64,000 nucleotides of DNA from positions 608,001-672,000 of the forward strand of contig OZ244717.1 of NCBI GenBank assembly GCA_965218975.1, given 5' to 3'. Shown piece by piece: positions 49,599 to 58,396 of the stretch (within the stretch, counting starts at the first letter, position 1; each line of letters opens with the position of its first letter). The notes under the pieces were generated by a model. The model did not search any database, was not told where the DNA came from, and saw nothing but the letters and a program-made list of their open reading frames with translations. This DNA is from Candidatus Oxydemutatoraceae bacterium (GTDB lineage Bacteria > Pseudomonadota > Gammaproteobacteria > Poriferisulfidales > Oxydemutatoraceae). The position numbers and the translations under genes were made by a program.

Positions 49599-50033
49599 TT
49601 AAGATTGATACAATTCCGCTTCTGCCGCCCGACGCTTTACCAACCCAGACAGTCGTTTGCCGCCGGCATTCACCCAACGGCCGAACTCGGCAGTCGCTTC
49701 ATCATGCTTGCCTGCTAATACCCTCTGCCTCAGTGTTGAACGCCGCAAGGCTCCGCGCCCGAGATTGAACGTGAAACTGACCAGCGCATCAAATTGCCCG
49801 TCGGTCAACTCACCCGGAATCAGATCGCAGACGGCGCGCTCCGCATCTGCGACGTCGCGACGCAGGATTTCCTCCGCTTCATCCTCGCTGATGCTACTGC
49901 CGAAATCTTCGCCGCCCAAAACCACATGTCCGTAGCCGATTGTCGGTTTGCCGGCGGGACATATATATATGGTGTCGGAATAACCCTCGAACCGTTTGAT
50001 TAAGTCTAATCCTTGTTGGGTGATATGGCGCAT
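49599..50033 (-). CDS. Endolysin (GH24 lysozyme), intact copy
   Basis: IKRFEG..YICPAGKPTIGYGH, QFDALVSFTFNLG, GLVKRRAAE. Confidence 0.95.
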   Translation of the reverse strand: MRHITQQGLDLIKRFEGYSDTIYICPAGKPTIGYGHVVLGGEDFGSSISEDEAEEILRRDVADAERAVCDLIPGELTDGQFDALVSFTFNLGRGALRRSTLRQRVLAGKHDEATAEFGRWVNAGGKRLSGLVKRRAAEAELYQS

Positions 50034-50087
50034 GCGGGTAATTTATCCGCAGGGCAGGGAATTATTCAGTAAAAATATTTTTCTGTT
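50034..50087 (-). promoter_or_regulatory. Putative late promoter for the lysis operon
   Basis: Dyad ttcagtaaaaatatttttctgtt (50065-50087); TAAATT 6 nt before ATG on the minus strand; no SD. Confidence 0.7.
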
Positions 50088-50601
50088 GGGTGGTGTCTAA
50101 AATATGCCGGATGGTCACGCCGGACAAGCCGAACTCGTCAATGAGTTCGGCGATTGATTTACCGTTGCGGTACGCCCGCCGCACCGCTTCTGCCGCCCGA
50201 CGCTTTACCGACCCAGACAGTCGTTTGCCGCCGGCATTCACCCAACGGCCGAACTCGGCAGTCGCTTCATCATGCTTGCCTGCTAATACCCTCTGCCTCA
50301 GTGTTGAACGCCGCAAGGCTCCGCGCCCGAGATTGAACGTGAAACTGACCAGCGCATCAAATTGCCCGTCGGTCAACTCACCCGGAATCAGATCGCAGAC
50401 GGCGCGCTCCGCATCTGCGACGTCGCGACGCAGGATTTCCTCCGCTTCATCCTCGCTGATGCTACTGCCGAAATCTTCGCCGCCCAAAACCACATGTCCG
50501 TAGCCGATTGTCGGTTTGCCGGCGGGACATATATATATGGTGTCGGAATAACCCTCGAACCGTTTGATTAAGTCTAATCCTTGTTGGGTGATATGGCGCA
50601 T
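50062..50601 (-). CDS. Chimeric endolysin::Mor C-terminus ORF produced by tandem duplication
   Basis: Lysozyme copy joined at ccgcttc microhomology to the last ~40 codons of the Mor-like gene. Confidence 0.75.
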   Translation of the reverse strand: MRHITQQGLDLIKRFEGYSDTIYICPAGKPTIGYGHVVLGGEDFGSSISEDEAEEILRRDVADAERAVCDLIPGELTDGQFDALVSFTFNLGRGALRRSTLRQRVLAGKHDEATAEFGRWVNAGGKRLSGSVKRRAAEAVRRAYRNGKSIAELIDEFGLSGVTIRHILDTTQQKNIFTE

Positions 50602-50610
50602 GGCAGGGAA

Positions 50611-50985
50611 TTATTCAGTAAAAATATTTTTCTGTTGGGTGGTGTCTAAAATATGCCGGATGGTCACGCCGGACAAGCCGAACTCGTCAATGAGTTCGGC
50701 GATTGATTTACCGTTGCGGTACGCCCGCCGCACCGCTTCGTCGCGCGCGTGGCGACGGCCGTAAAGAGGGATGGTAATTGTCTCGCCGCGGAACGCCCAT
50801 CCGATACGGTTCGCCTTGTTATAGCCCACCGCTGAGCACCACGGATGCCCCGGCGGAATCTTGCCGGAAGAAGAAATCCAGTAGCGCTGCCCACCGCATG
50901 CGGCTGACAGGCGAATCGCCGCATCCAGCCCGATATGCGCCGCGATCTCGTGCAGTAGGGGCGGTAGATTATCCCGTTTCGGCAT
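50611..50985 (-). CDS. Mor/C-family transcription activator
   Basis: IGLDAAIRL..CGG, RGETITIP, ARDEAV..SIAELIDEFGLS..TIRHIL HTH. Confidence 0.85.
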   Translation of the reverse strand: MPKRDNLPPLLHEIAAHIGLDAAIRLSAACGGQRYWISSSGKIPPGHPWCSAVGYNKANRIGWAFRGETITIPLYGRRHARDEAVRRAYRNGKSIAELIDEFGLSGVTIRHILDTTQQKNIFTE

Positions 50986-51385
50986 GCCGTTGTTGCCGCT
51001 TGATCAATGCCGTGATGACGGCGCTCAATTGTTTCGGGGCACACCATGCAATCGTGTCCAGCCCATACATCTGCCTCACAATCCCGTCGGCGTAGCGCCA
51101 CGACAAATCCCCCTCCGCCAGCAACCGTCCGATCTTCTGCAATTGCTTACATGACCGTAGCGCTGCCGGCGCACCGGCCGTCGGAATTGATTTGCGCCGC
51201 GCCGGCCGCCAGCCGCAAGCGCGCAGGTGGCTGATCACTTGTCGCCGCCCGAAACTGTCGAGCTGCGCCGCACTCCTGACGCGCGCGACACGCCACAATA
51301 CATCACGGTAGGCGGCATCGTCCAGCCCGAGGTCGGACGCACCGATATGGATCAACGCGAGCTCGCGGTTGCGGTTAGTTGTCAT
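50969..51385 (-). CDS. GemA/gp16-family protein (DUF1018)
   Basis: LALIHIG...LGLDDAAYR..L...SAAQL, VITAL. Confidence 0.88.
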   Translation of the reverse strand: MTTNRNRELALIHIGASDLGLDDAAYRDVLWRVARVRSAAQLDSFGRRQVISHLRACGWRPARRKSIPTAGAPAALRSCKQLQKIGRLLAEGDLSWRYADGIVRQMYGLDTIAWCAPKQLSAVITALIKRQQRHAETG

Positions 51386-51887
51386 CGCGCCGGTCTCTAA
51401 GAGAGTTATACTCTCTTATGTCCTCTCTCAGCGTGCCTTTGCCGACCTTTTGCGGCGCGCTATAACAAAAACCTAATTCCTCTACGCTTTCGATCAAATC
51501 TGCGCAAGACTCGCAGTAATAGACTTTTCCGACAAAAACATCACTATTATGATCAGGATATATCCCCAAATCGACTTCTTGATCTGTCGGTATTCTATAT
51601 AAATCCATAGATCCGATGTCGGTAGTCCCTAGCTTAATTTTACAGCCGCATTCCAAAAAGACCAAATCCCCCGGCAGAATGTTGGTTGATATGCCGTAGA
51701 GTGTCATGATGCTGAACGCATCAGATCCTTTGTCTAATATTATGACCGTCTCGCCAGCTGGTATATCGCTAGCTGGTAAATCCCCATGATCGCTACGGAG
51801 TTTACGCGCAGTGACAATATTTCTCTGTTTCTCCCACCACGATAGCGGCTGTTGCTTATACATTTTGCGTGTGATCGGTGTCATCAT
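51375..51887 (-). CDS. Hypothetical phage protein
   Basis: 170-aa ORF with SD; CGC and CESC motifs. Confidence 0.6.
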   Translation of the reverse strand: MMTPITRKMYKQQPLSWWEKQRNIVTARKLRSDHGDLPASDIPAGETVIILDKGSDAFSIMTLYGISTNILPGDLVFLECGCKIKLGTTDIGSMDLYRIPTDQEVDLGIYPDHNSDVFVGKVYYCESCADLIESVEELGFCYSAPQKVGKGTLREDIREYNSLRDRRDDN

Positions 51888-51896
51888 TGTTCTCCT

Positions 51897-52259
51897 TTAC
51901 GGTTGACATGTTGGCCGGTTCTGCATGACCGCCCGCCGGACCAACCGACAATTCAGCTGCCATGTCGGTCTGACGGTTGCTTTTATCCCTAACTCTTTTA
52001 ACAGGGTTTGCGGCGTGGTTTTGGCAATGAAATAAATCTTGTTGTCTTTCCCGCAATAAACACCCGTGTGGGTAATGCCTCCCAATATCATGCTGTCGTA
52101 CATGGGCTCGCCGTCATTTCTGGCCAACTGCAGATGCAGACGATTAACCACCTCTGTGCAAGCGCTTTGGCGATCGTCGTATATGGGCAGTTGGTATCCT
52201 ATTTGTTCCTTTGTCGTATATTCCATCGTTGTTTGCGATGTCGTAGTCTCGGTAATCAA
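51897..52259 (-). CDS. Hypothetical phage protein
   Basis: 120-aa ORF in the early operon; start uncertain. Confidence 0.5.
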   Translation of the reverse strand: MITETTTSQTTMEYTTKEQIGYQLPIYDDRQSACTEVVNRLHLQLARNDGEPMYDSMILGGITHTGVYCGKDNKIYFIAKTTPQTLLKELGIKATVRPTWQLNCRLVRRAVMQNRPTCQP

Positions 52260-52774
52260 TCGGCATCAACAGCCTCCCGCTCTTTCTCTTGGATCATCGC
52301 CGCCACCATTTTCTCAATGTCCGTGTCGGTGTCTTTGATCACGACTTCGTCTCCGGTATCAATCACACGCACGCCCATTTTGCGCAGGTCGGCTGCGTCC
52401 AGTTCGGCCAGCGCCGATTTGACCGGTTTTTTCGACACTTTGATTAGCATGTCGAAATCATCGATGAAGTGTTTCTCGATGTAGCCGATCACTCTATTCT
52501 CATCGTCGTATTCGATGATGCCCTTGCCCTTGCGCAAGCCGACTTTGATGCCGTGCAGCACACAGGTTTTAGGCTTGTCGAACAGTCCGGGATTAGCCTC
52601 GATATATTCCTTCAGTTCAATGCGTGCGGCGGCGACTTGCGACACCGCCTCACGGATCTCTTTAAGGTGCTTTTGCTTCGCACGCTCAAGGTCGGCGTTG
52701 AGTTTTCCGACCACCCCCGCCAAGTAATCTTGCTCGGCACGCAGCGCTTCGCACATATATTCAATTTGTTCCAT
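52256..52774 (-). CDS. Gam-like host-nuclease inhibitor
   Basis: Coiled coil then LFDKPKT..LHGIKVGLRKGKG, LRKMGV; SD aggag. Confidence 0.75.
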   Translation of the reverse strand: MEQIEYMCEALRAEQDYLAGVVGKLNADLERAKQKHLKEIREAVSQVAAARIELKEYIEANPGLFDKPKTCVLHGIKVGLRKGKGIIEYDDENRVIGYIEKHFIDDFDMLIKVSKKPVKSALAELDAADLRKMGVRVIDTGDEVVIKDTDTDIEKMVAAMIQEKEREAVDAD

Positions 52775-52786
52775 TGTCTTCTCCTT

Positions 52787-53122
52787 TTAATCTCTTAATC
52801 TGAGTTGTCCTTTAAGGTCCGGCAACGATACTCGTTTCATCGCCGCGACTTGTTCCAACGAATCCATCGCCCGCGAGAATAGGAAGCGACAAGTACGCTC
52901 CAATTCTTCTGCACCCGCAGCAATGAAATACCCTTGATTCGGATGCGCGCAAATGTGGTGTCCTTCCTTGCGCAATTCACTGACCACATGCCGCACTCGT
53001 CGTTCCGTCGCCGCGCTTTCGCAACCGATAATCTTGCGCACCAACTCGCGGCATGTCCGACCGTTGGCGGCGCCGATCTCAAGCGCTGCGAGCAAACTGC
53101 TGCGTGTGACCAAATCCGCCAT
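52787..53122 (-). CDS. Winged-helix DNA-binding protein
   Basis: IGAANG, ERRVRHVVSELRKEGHHICA..GYFIA. Confidence 0.75.
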   Translation of the reverse strand: MADLVTRSSLLAALEIGAANGRTCRELVRKIIGCESAATERRVRHVVSELRKEGHHICAHPNQGYFIAAGAEELERTCRFLFSRAMDSLEQVAAMKRVSLPDLKGQLRLRD

Positions 53123-53397
53123 CAGTGCAACGTGTTGCCGTAATGCAGGAGGCGGCGCATCTCTCCCGGTTGTGGGATAATGATCTCCACCAGCACGTCG
53201 TCGATCTTGGCAACATGCATGCCGGCCGTAAGCTTTTGCCCGCCGACCAATTGCGTCCCTTCGGCGCCGACCATCACCCGCGCCTCTCGACGTGTCACAA
53301 TCACACACAACGCTTTGATGTTCATACCGTTGAACCGGCGCAACACACGCATCGCTCGCAACATGTTTTGCCGTGTGGTTTTGTTTTTGCCTTCCAT
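53122..53397 (-). CDS. Hypothetical phage protein
   Basis: SD ggag before ATG at 53397; stop overlaps next start. Confidence 0.55.
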   Translation of the reverse strand: MEGKNKTTRQNMLRAMRVLRRFNGMNIKALCVIVTRREARVMVGAEGTQLVGGQKLTAGMHVAKIDDVLVEIIIPQPGEMRRLLHYGNTLH

Positions 53398-53407
53398 CTC
53401 GTTGCTC

Positions 53408-54364
53408 CTAAATAATCGGTTGCTCGGTGAGTTCGCGCCACGCGCGACGGATATGGTCGGCGTCAATGTCGCCTTGCGCCAATGCGGATGCAAGCCGGAT
53501 CGTTTGCACGACACCGCGCAACGCGCCCGGGCGCTGTGCGATTTTCTCTAACAGCGACCGCTCTTTGCTGCCGGTAACATTCAGTGCTTTACCGAGTGCT
53601 GCAACATCGCTATCCGCCGGACGCCGCAAATGCACCCGCTTGGAGATGCGGCTGAACATCTGCGCGAACGATGCGGCGCGGATGCCCCCCGTCAGCCGCG
53701 AGTAAATCGTGTCGTTGCCCATAATCGCCAACCCGGTCGCGCCCGCGGCGTCGAAGATGCTGCGGATTTGCTCTATGACTTGTATGCGCAGGTGCTGCGC
53801 TTCGTCCACAATAAGCAGCCCATCCGTGTCTTTCAGCCGCTCAAGGATTTCGGCCTCTACCACCGCGCAGCGCCGCCCGCTCGGCTTGATTCCCAACACA
53901 ACGGCGATTTTCTCCAGCGTCGCCAGCATCGAAGACGATGCCGGTGTAATCGTCGTGATCCACGCATTAGAGTGCTTGGCGGCATAGTGCTGTGCCGTGC
54001 GTGTTTTACCCATGCCCGCGCCGCCGTATACCACCACCAACTCATGCGCCGCTTGTGCGAATGCCAGTGTCGCACCGATGCGCTTGCCGGTGTGGGTGGC
54101 AATGTAATCCGGCAACGGTAGAATGGTGGTTTGTCCATGTTGGGATTCGGTCTCGAGCCAGCGTTTTATTTTGTGCTCTAAATTGGTTTTAGAACCCTTG
54201 TAAATACCGTTTAACCACTGATTAAACGCCGTCTGCGAGATGCCGATTCTCGCTGCAGTGGATTTCTGACTGGTATTCAGTCTGCGCACTTCGGCGCGTA
54301 CTCTTGCGGTCAGATAGTCCTCGATAGCAGCGATGTTGCCGTTTGTTTGTTTTGGGTTTTCCAT
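53408..54364 (-). CDS. MuB-like transposition ATPase
   Basis: N-terminal HTH, GGAGMGKT, LLIVDEAQHL, QMFSRI, PGALR. Confidence 0.93.
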   Translation of the reverse strand: MENPKQTNGNIAAIEDYLTARVRAEVRRLNTSQKSTAARIGISQTAFNQWLNGIYKGSKTNLEHKIKRWLETESQHGQTTILPLPDYIATHTGKRIGATLAFAQAAHELVVVYGGAGMGKTRTAQHYAAKHSNAWITTITPASSSMLATLEKIAVVLGIKPSGRRCAVVEAEILERLKDTDGLLIVDEAQHLRIQVIEQIRSIFDAAGATGLAIMGNDTIYSRLTGGIRAASFAQMFSRISKRVHLRRPADSDVAALGKALNVTGSKERSLLEKIAQRPGALRGVVQTIRLASALAQGDIDADHIRRAWRELTEQPII

Positions 54365-54388
54365 ATAATCACCTCATTGTTTGTCGTT

Positions 54389-54414
54389 ACGCCCGGCTTC
54401 TGTCGGGTGTTTTT
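54389..54414 (+). terminator. Intrinsic terminator-like hairpin between muA and muB, oriented antisense
   Basis: acgcccggc-ttct-gtcgggtgt then T run; two pairs are G-U on + but mismatches on -. Confidence 0.35.
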
Positions 54415-54417
54415 CAG

Positions 54418-56409
54418 TCAGCTGTCCACGCTGAACAGACGCTCCGTGTCGGTTAATTCCTCCTCGTCCTCACGCAACTGAATGGACGCTTCCCAATCAA
54501 TTGCCTCTGCCGGCGTATGGGTCGGCAGCTCCTCACCGAAGGCGGCGCGGACAACTTTGGTGTCGGGTTTATCAGTCTGCCGACTCGCGCTCGCGCCCAT
54601 CACTGCCTCGCCCACTTCTTCAATCGTCATCCGTCGCTCGGCAGCGAGCATCTGCTTGGTCGACTTCACCAACTCGCAGCGCGCGCGGCTGACTTTCCGC
54701 GCCGCATCCGCATCACCGAATCCGACCGGTGCCAGACACTCGGCAGCACCGATGATCTCGCCGGTTTGGCGGTACAACCACACCGGCCGGTGCAAGGCAT
54801 CCGGGTCAAACCGGACCGTGACCCGCTGTCCGATCAGGTCGTACATAAGAGGTGAGTGATAACGGTTTTGCGCAAAGCCCGGCACTTTGCCCGCAGACAG
54901 AACAACGGTTGCATCGTGTCTGACTTTGACCGACTCAGCCTCAAGCATCCACATCCGGCGTTGCTCTTCGGTGCCTTTGCGAATCGTGGTGCTCTGATAT
55001 GATTCGGCGAATGCTTGATCGAATGACCGCGTCCCGCCGCATATCTCCGTGCGCCGGTGCCGGCGGGCATTCCATGCGGCGACTTCCGCCGCGGCAATAC
55101 TGACAAAATCCTGATAGGTGATTGCCTTACTGGCGTAATTCTCGGGCTTGGATTGCGGGTCGCTCCCAGTGTAGGCGCCAGCAAGTCCCGGGTGTTTGTC
55201 AAGCGACTCACCGAAACCGCCGACACCGAATGCACGCTCAACCGGTTTGGATTGCCCCCAGCCGCGCGCCTTGCTGCCTGCTTGCACAACGCTCGTCCAA
55301 TGCACTCGGATGCCGAGTGCCGGCAACAAGCCTAGCGGGTCGGATTCCTTGACCTTGAACCGATACCGGTTCGGCACTCTGCCGGTCAGCCATTTGTTCG
55401 CCGCCGCTCTGGTGTTGTCTATCGTGACATGCCGTGGGATACCGAAGCGCTCAACCACATCGCCGAATGCCAACCGTATCTGGCATGAGTTTTCCGTCTC
55501 TGCCGTACGGTGCGCTAATATTTTGCCTGAGTAAACATCCTGCCAAAACCACGTTTTCGGTCGCTCGATGCGCCCGTCCGGGAATCTGACAAATACATTG
55601 TGTTGATAGCCGTCGCCGTTAATCCACTCAAGTGCGTGTAATTCCGATTTGTCCCTTTGCAGCGGCGGGTAGCTGCGGCGCAAGGCGACCTCGCCCTCGC
55701 GCGCGAGTGTTCTTGCCGCCTGCGGAATACGGCTTTTGACCCAGCGCCGGAACGTGCGCTCGCTCGGGATAGCCCAGCCGCGCTGCTCAGCAACGCGGCG
55801 CAACCGTTCGTAACATGCTGCGACAGTCGGTCGCTCGGGGCGCAGGTAGTCGGACTTGAATTGTTCCCATGCTTCGGCAGTGATGGCTGCATTCGTGCTG
55901 CCGGTGATGTGGCGCGACAGGCAGACCGCGGCGAGATCGTCATCGGCAATGTTGCGATGCCGGTAATGTAATCGCTCTAGTGTTTTGGGTGAGATGCCGG
56001 TGTGTTTTGCGGCTGCTTTAATCGCCGTTTGAAGCGGGGTTAAACGGGGTTTATTACGGATTTGAATCAGCGCCGTCGCTTTCTCTTGCGCTTGCTTTTG
56101 TGCTGTCGATGCCGCTAGTTCCCATCGCCGCCATAAAAGAGAGGGGGCGGTTTGCGTCGCCCCCTCAGATGCATCGCCGTTTGTTTTTAAGGAGGGTAGC
56201 GATGCGTCGGCCGATGCCGATAACTTCCGTTGTGCCGCAAGCGGCAACGATGAGATGTGATATTCACGTCCGCCGCCGCGGCCTCGGCGCGGACGGCTGA
56301 GCCAGCCTTCGCGGTGGGCTTTTCCGCGGATTCTCTTGACGTCTGTTGGGATACCGCTAACTTCTACGTTTTGAATTTCTTTTAAATCAAACCACATGGC
56401 CTGCCCCAA
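54418..56409 (-). CDS. MuA-like DDE transposase
   Basis: GRGGGREYHISSLP Mu-type HTH, WINGDGY, TIDNTRA, SKPVERAFG, VRFDPDAL. Confidence 0.96.
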   Translation of the reverse strand: MGQAMWFDLKEIQNVEVSGIPTDVKRIRGKAHREGWLSRPRRGRGGGREYHISSLPLAAQRKLSASADASLPSLKTNGDASEGATQTAPSLLWRRWELAASTAQKQAQEKATALIQIRNKPRLTPLQTAIKAAAKHTGISPKTLERLHYRHRNIADDDLAAVCLSRHITGSTNAAITAEAWEQFKSDYLRPERPTVAACYERLRRVAEQRGWAIPSERTFRRWVKSRIPQAARTLAREGEVALRRSYPPLQRDKSELHALEWINGDGYQHNVFVRFPDGRIERPKTWFWQDVYSGKILAHRTAETENSCQIRLAFGDVVERFGIPRHVTIDNTRAAANKWLTGRVPNRYRFKVKESDPLGLLPALGIRVHWTSVVQAGSKARGWGQSKPVERAFGVGGFGESLDKHPGLAGAYTGSDPQSKPENYASKAITYQDFVSIAAAEVAAWNARRHRRTEICGGTRSFDQAFAESYQSTTIRKGTEEQRRMWMLEAESVKVRHDATVVLSAGKVPGFAQNRYHSPLMYDLIGQRVTVRFDPDALHRPVWLYRQTGEIIGAAECLAPVGFGDADAARKVSRARCELVKSTKQMLAAERRMTIEEVGEAVMGASASRQTDKPDTKVVRAAFGEELPTHTPAEAIDWEASIQLREDEEELTDTERLFSVDS

Positions 56410-56596
56410 AGTCCTTTTCTAGCCTTTGAATAATTTGTTTCGTAATAGTCCCGTGTCTTTTGCTTTCAGGAGCTTTTGTTATGCGCTCAATAACTTTGTG
56501 AACCATGTCTGGGTTAAAACCGCTTTGTTTAGACCAATCAGCTAATGTGGTTTCGCGGTCTACCAGAATGAGTTTGATACGTTTTTTCAGGTTCAT
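56387..56596 (-). CDS. Ner/Cro-like early regulator
   Basis: 69-aa HTH protein divergent from the repressor, upstream of muA. Confidence 0.75.
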   Translation of the reverse strand: MNLKKRIKLILVDRETTLADWSKQSGFNPDMVHKVIERITKAPESKRHGTITKQIIQRLEKDFGAGHVV

Positions 56597-56653
56597 TATG
56601 TTATAGTGCTACTGTTTGTCAGTTTCCTGACATTTTACCTATGAATAAGGTAT

Positions 56654-57328
56654 ATGTCAACACATATTAAGCACCTAGATAATACAGATAAGATAGAAAT
56701 TGCGCAGAGGCTTAAGCAATCAAGAGAGAAAACAGGTTTGAGCCAATCTGGTTTTGCTAATTCTATAGGGTTTTCGGTTAGTGCTTATCAAAATTACGAA
56801 CAGGGTATTAGACCCCTGCCAGTATCGCTTGTTCGTAGGTTATATTCTGTTCATAGCGTTGGCCCTCTATGGCTTCTCTCTGGTGTAAACCAAGGCCTAT
56901 CGCTAGATCGCTCCTCAACCGAGGATATGATTCCTATATATAATGTGTGTGCTGCTGCTGGTTCAGGTGCGGTAGCACCAGACCACGAACGCGTGGATGC
57001 TTTGTTGTCAATCAACATAAGCTGGTTACGGCGCGAGTTTGGTGTCAACCCAAACAAACTTGCCGCTATCGAAATTATTGGTGACTCAATGGAGCCATTA
57101 TTGCGTCCTGGTGAAATTGCTGTTCTGCATACAGGTTCAAAGTTTGGTGACGGCATCTTTTGCTTACGTTATGACGATGACCTCGTTATCAAGCGCGTGC
57201 AGCGTATGCCGCATAAATGGCGGATTTCTTCTGTTAATGAAGCATATCCTCCATACGAGATTAGCAAAAAAGACTTAAAAAGTGTTGTTGTCATAGGACA
57301 ACTGATTATAACTATTAAACGTATATAA
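56654..57328 (+). CDS. Prophage repressor, XRE HTH plus S24 peptidase
   Basis: RLKQSRE..LSQ..FA, NYEQG; AAAGSG, GDSMEP, VIKR. Confidence 0.92.
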   Translation: MSTHIKHLDNTDKIEIAQRLKQSREKTGLSQSGFANSIGFSVSAYQNYEQGIRPLPVSLVRRLYSVHSVGPLWLLSGVNQGLSLDRSSTEDMIPIYNVCAAAGSGAVAPDHERVDALLSINISWLRREFGVNPNKLAAIEIIGDSMEPLLRPGEIAVLHTGSKFGDGIFCLRYDDDLVIKRVQRMPHKWRISSVNEAYPPYEISKKDLKSVVVIGQLIITIKRI

Positions 57329-57343
57329 AAAATGAGGATTTAA

Positions 57344-57955
57344 ATGTGCAACAGTAATATTAGTTTTACGTTTGTCGTCTGCTTAATCGCGTTTTCTCTC
57401 TCTGGCAGCGGTAGCGCTGATCAATACATTGGGAAAATAAGCCCTTATGCGTTGTCCCCATACACAAAGCATGGTTACCCTGATACATTGAAAAAATATG
57501 GCTCGCGTCTAAAAGAGATTGAGTTTTTTAGGCGGAAAGCTGCTGAACTGGCCATTGAAAGCAATAAATGCGATGTTGTTGAGATCGTTGAGTTGAGTAT
57601 GTCAAGAAGCAGTTTAAACCACCTGCATTTTTGGGTAGATTGCCGTAATTTACAACGTATATACTTGGACGAATTCCAGCTTTCCAAAGGCGGAGATGTA
57701 CTAACTGAAAAAGAGAAATCTTGGGACAAAAATACTTCAATTGCTTTATGCCGAAAGGGAATTCTAAATAAACTAAACTTAAGGACGGTGAACATCCATG
57801 AAACAACACGCCGCAAAGCTCCACGCACTTATAATGTCGCTGTAACGATCGCTTTTAATGCAGAGAAAGTAACAGGTCTAAAAACCAAGTTTTTGGCTAG
57901 GTGCCATTTTACTCCTGGCAACCCGGGTACCATAGAAATCATACCAAGATATTAG
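57344..57955 (+). CDS. Exported hypothetical protein downstream of the repressor
   Basis: Signal peptide, SD gagg, several Cys, AT-rich. Confidence 0.7.
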   Translation: MCNSNISFTFVVCLIAFSLSGSGSADQYIGKISPYALSPYTKHGYPDTLKKYGSRLKEIEFFRRKAAELAIESNKCDVVEIVELSMSRSSLNHLHFWVDCRNLQRIYLDEFQLSKGGDVLTEKEKSWDKNTSIALCRKGILNKLNLRTVNIHETTRRKAPRTYNVAVTIAFNAEKVTGLKTKFLARCHFTPGNPGTIEIIPRY

Positions 57956-58134
57956 TATCACCGTCTCTTTCCTACGAATCAACCCGCAAGGATTTCGATG
58001 CCATTGCCGTTATTGGCCGGCTCGTCCTTGTTCTTAAACGTGCATGAATACAGGAGATCACTTTTCATCGCAAAACAAAACAGCGGGAACGCTTGATTAC
58101 CAACTACCCTGGACAACTAACAACTCAAACTGCG

Positions 58135-58189
58135 AACTTGGGCGCCTAACTTGGGCGTTTAACTTGGGCGCCTAACTTGGGCGTTTAAC
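58135..58189. repeat. 4 x 13-bp tandem repeat near the prophage left end
   Basis: aacttgggcgcct / aacttgggcgttt alternating. Confidence 0.9.
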
Positions 58190-58225
58190 CTCTGAGGACT
58201 AATTAAAACAAGGATTTAACGCCAT

Positions 58226-58396
58226 TTTCCATCCCTCATTCCGGTTGTCCGAAAATCACGTAAGCCATTGCTTTGTGATTTTCCGCACGGACACAGTGAG
58301 GGACATTCATTTATCGCCAGAAACCCGCACCCCAATTCGCTTTAACCCACTTCAACCCGCTCCAACTCGCTTCCTCATTTCCCTTGTCCGCGTGCA
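58226..58396 (-). repeat. Prophage left (early) end with spaced transposase-binding sites
   Basis: Minus strand cggacaagggaaatgagg at the terminus and cggacaaccggaatgaggga near 58232-58251. Confidence 0.8.

Larger units (their letters stand above)
26795..58396 (-). mobile_element. Mu-like transposable prophage with lambda-like non-contractile tail, 31,602 bp
   Basis: Ends TGTAAGCGGACACGCGAAATGAGG (26795) and, on the minus strand, TGCACGCGGACAAGGGAAATGAGG (58396); GAGGG at 26790-26794 and 58397-58401; Mu gene order. Confidence 0.95.

Noticed and set aside
30280-56300. Many plus-strand ORFs of 60-230 aa within the prophage
   Set aside because: Antisense shadows of GC-rich minus-strand genes with no motifs.
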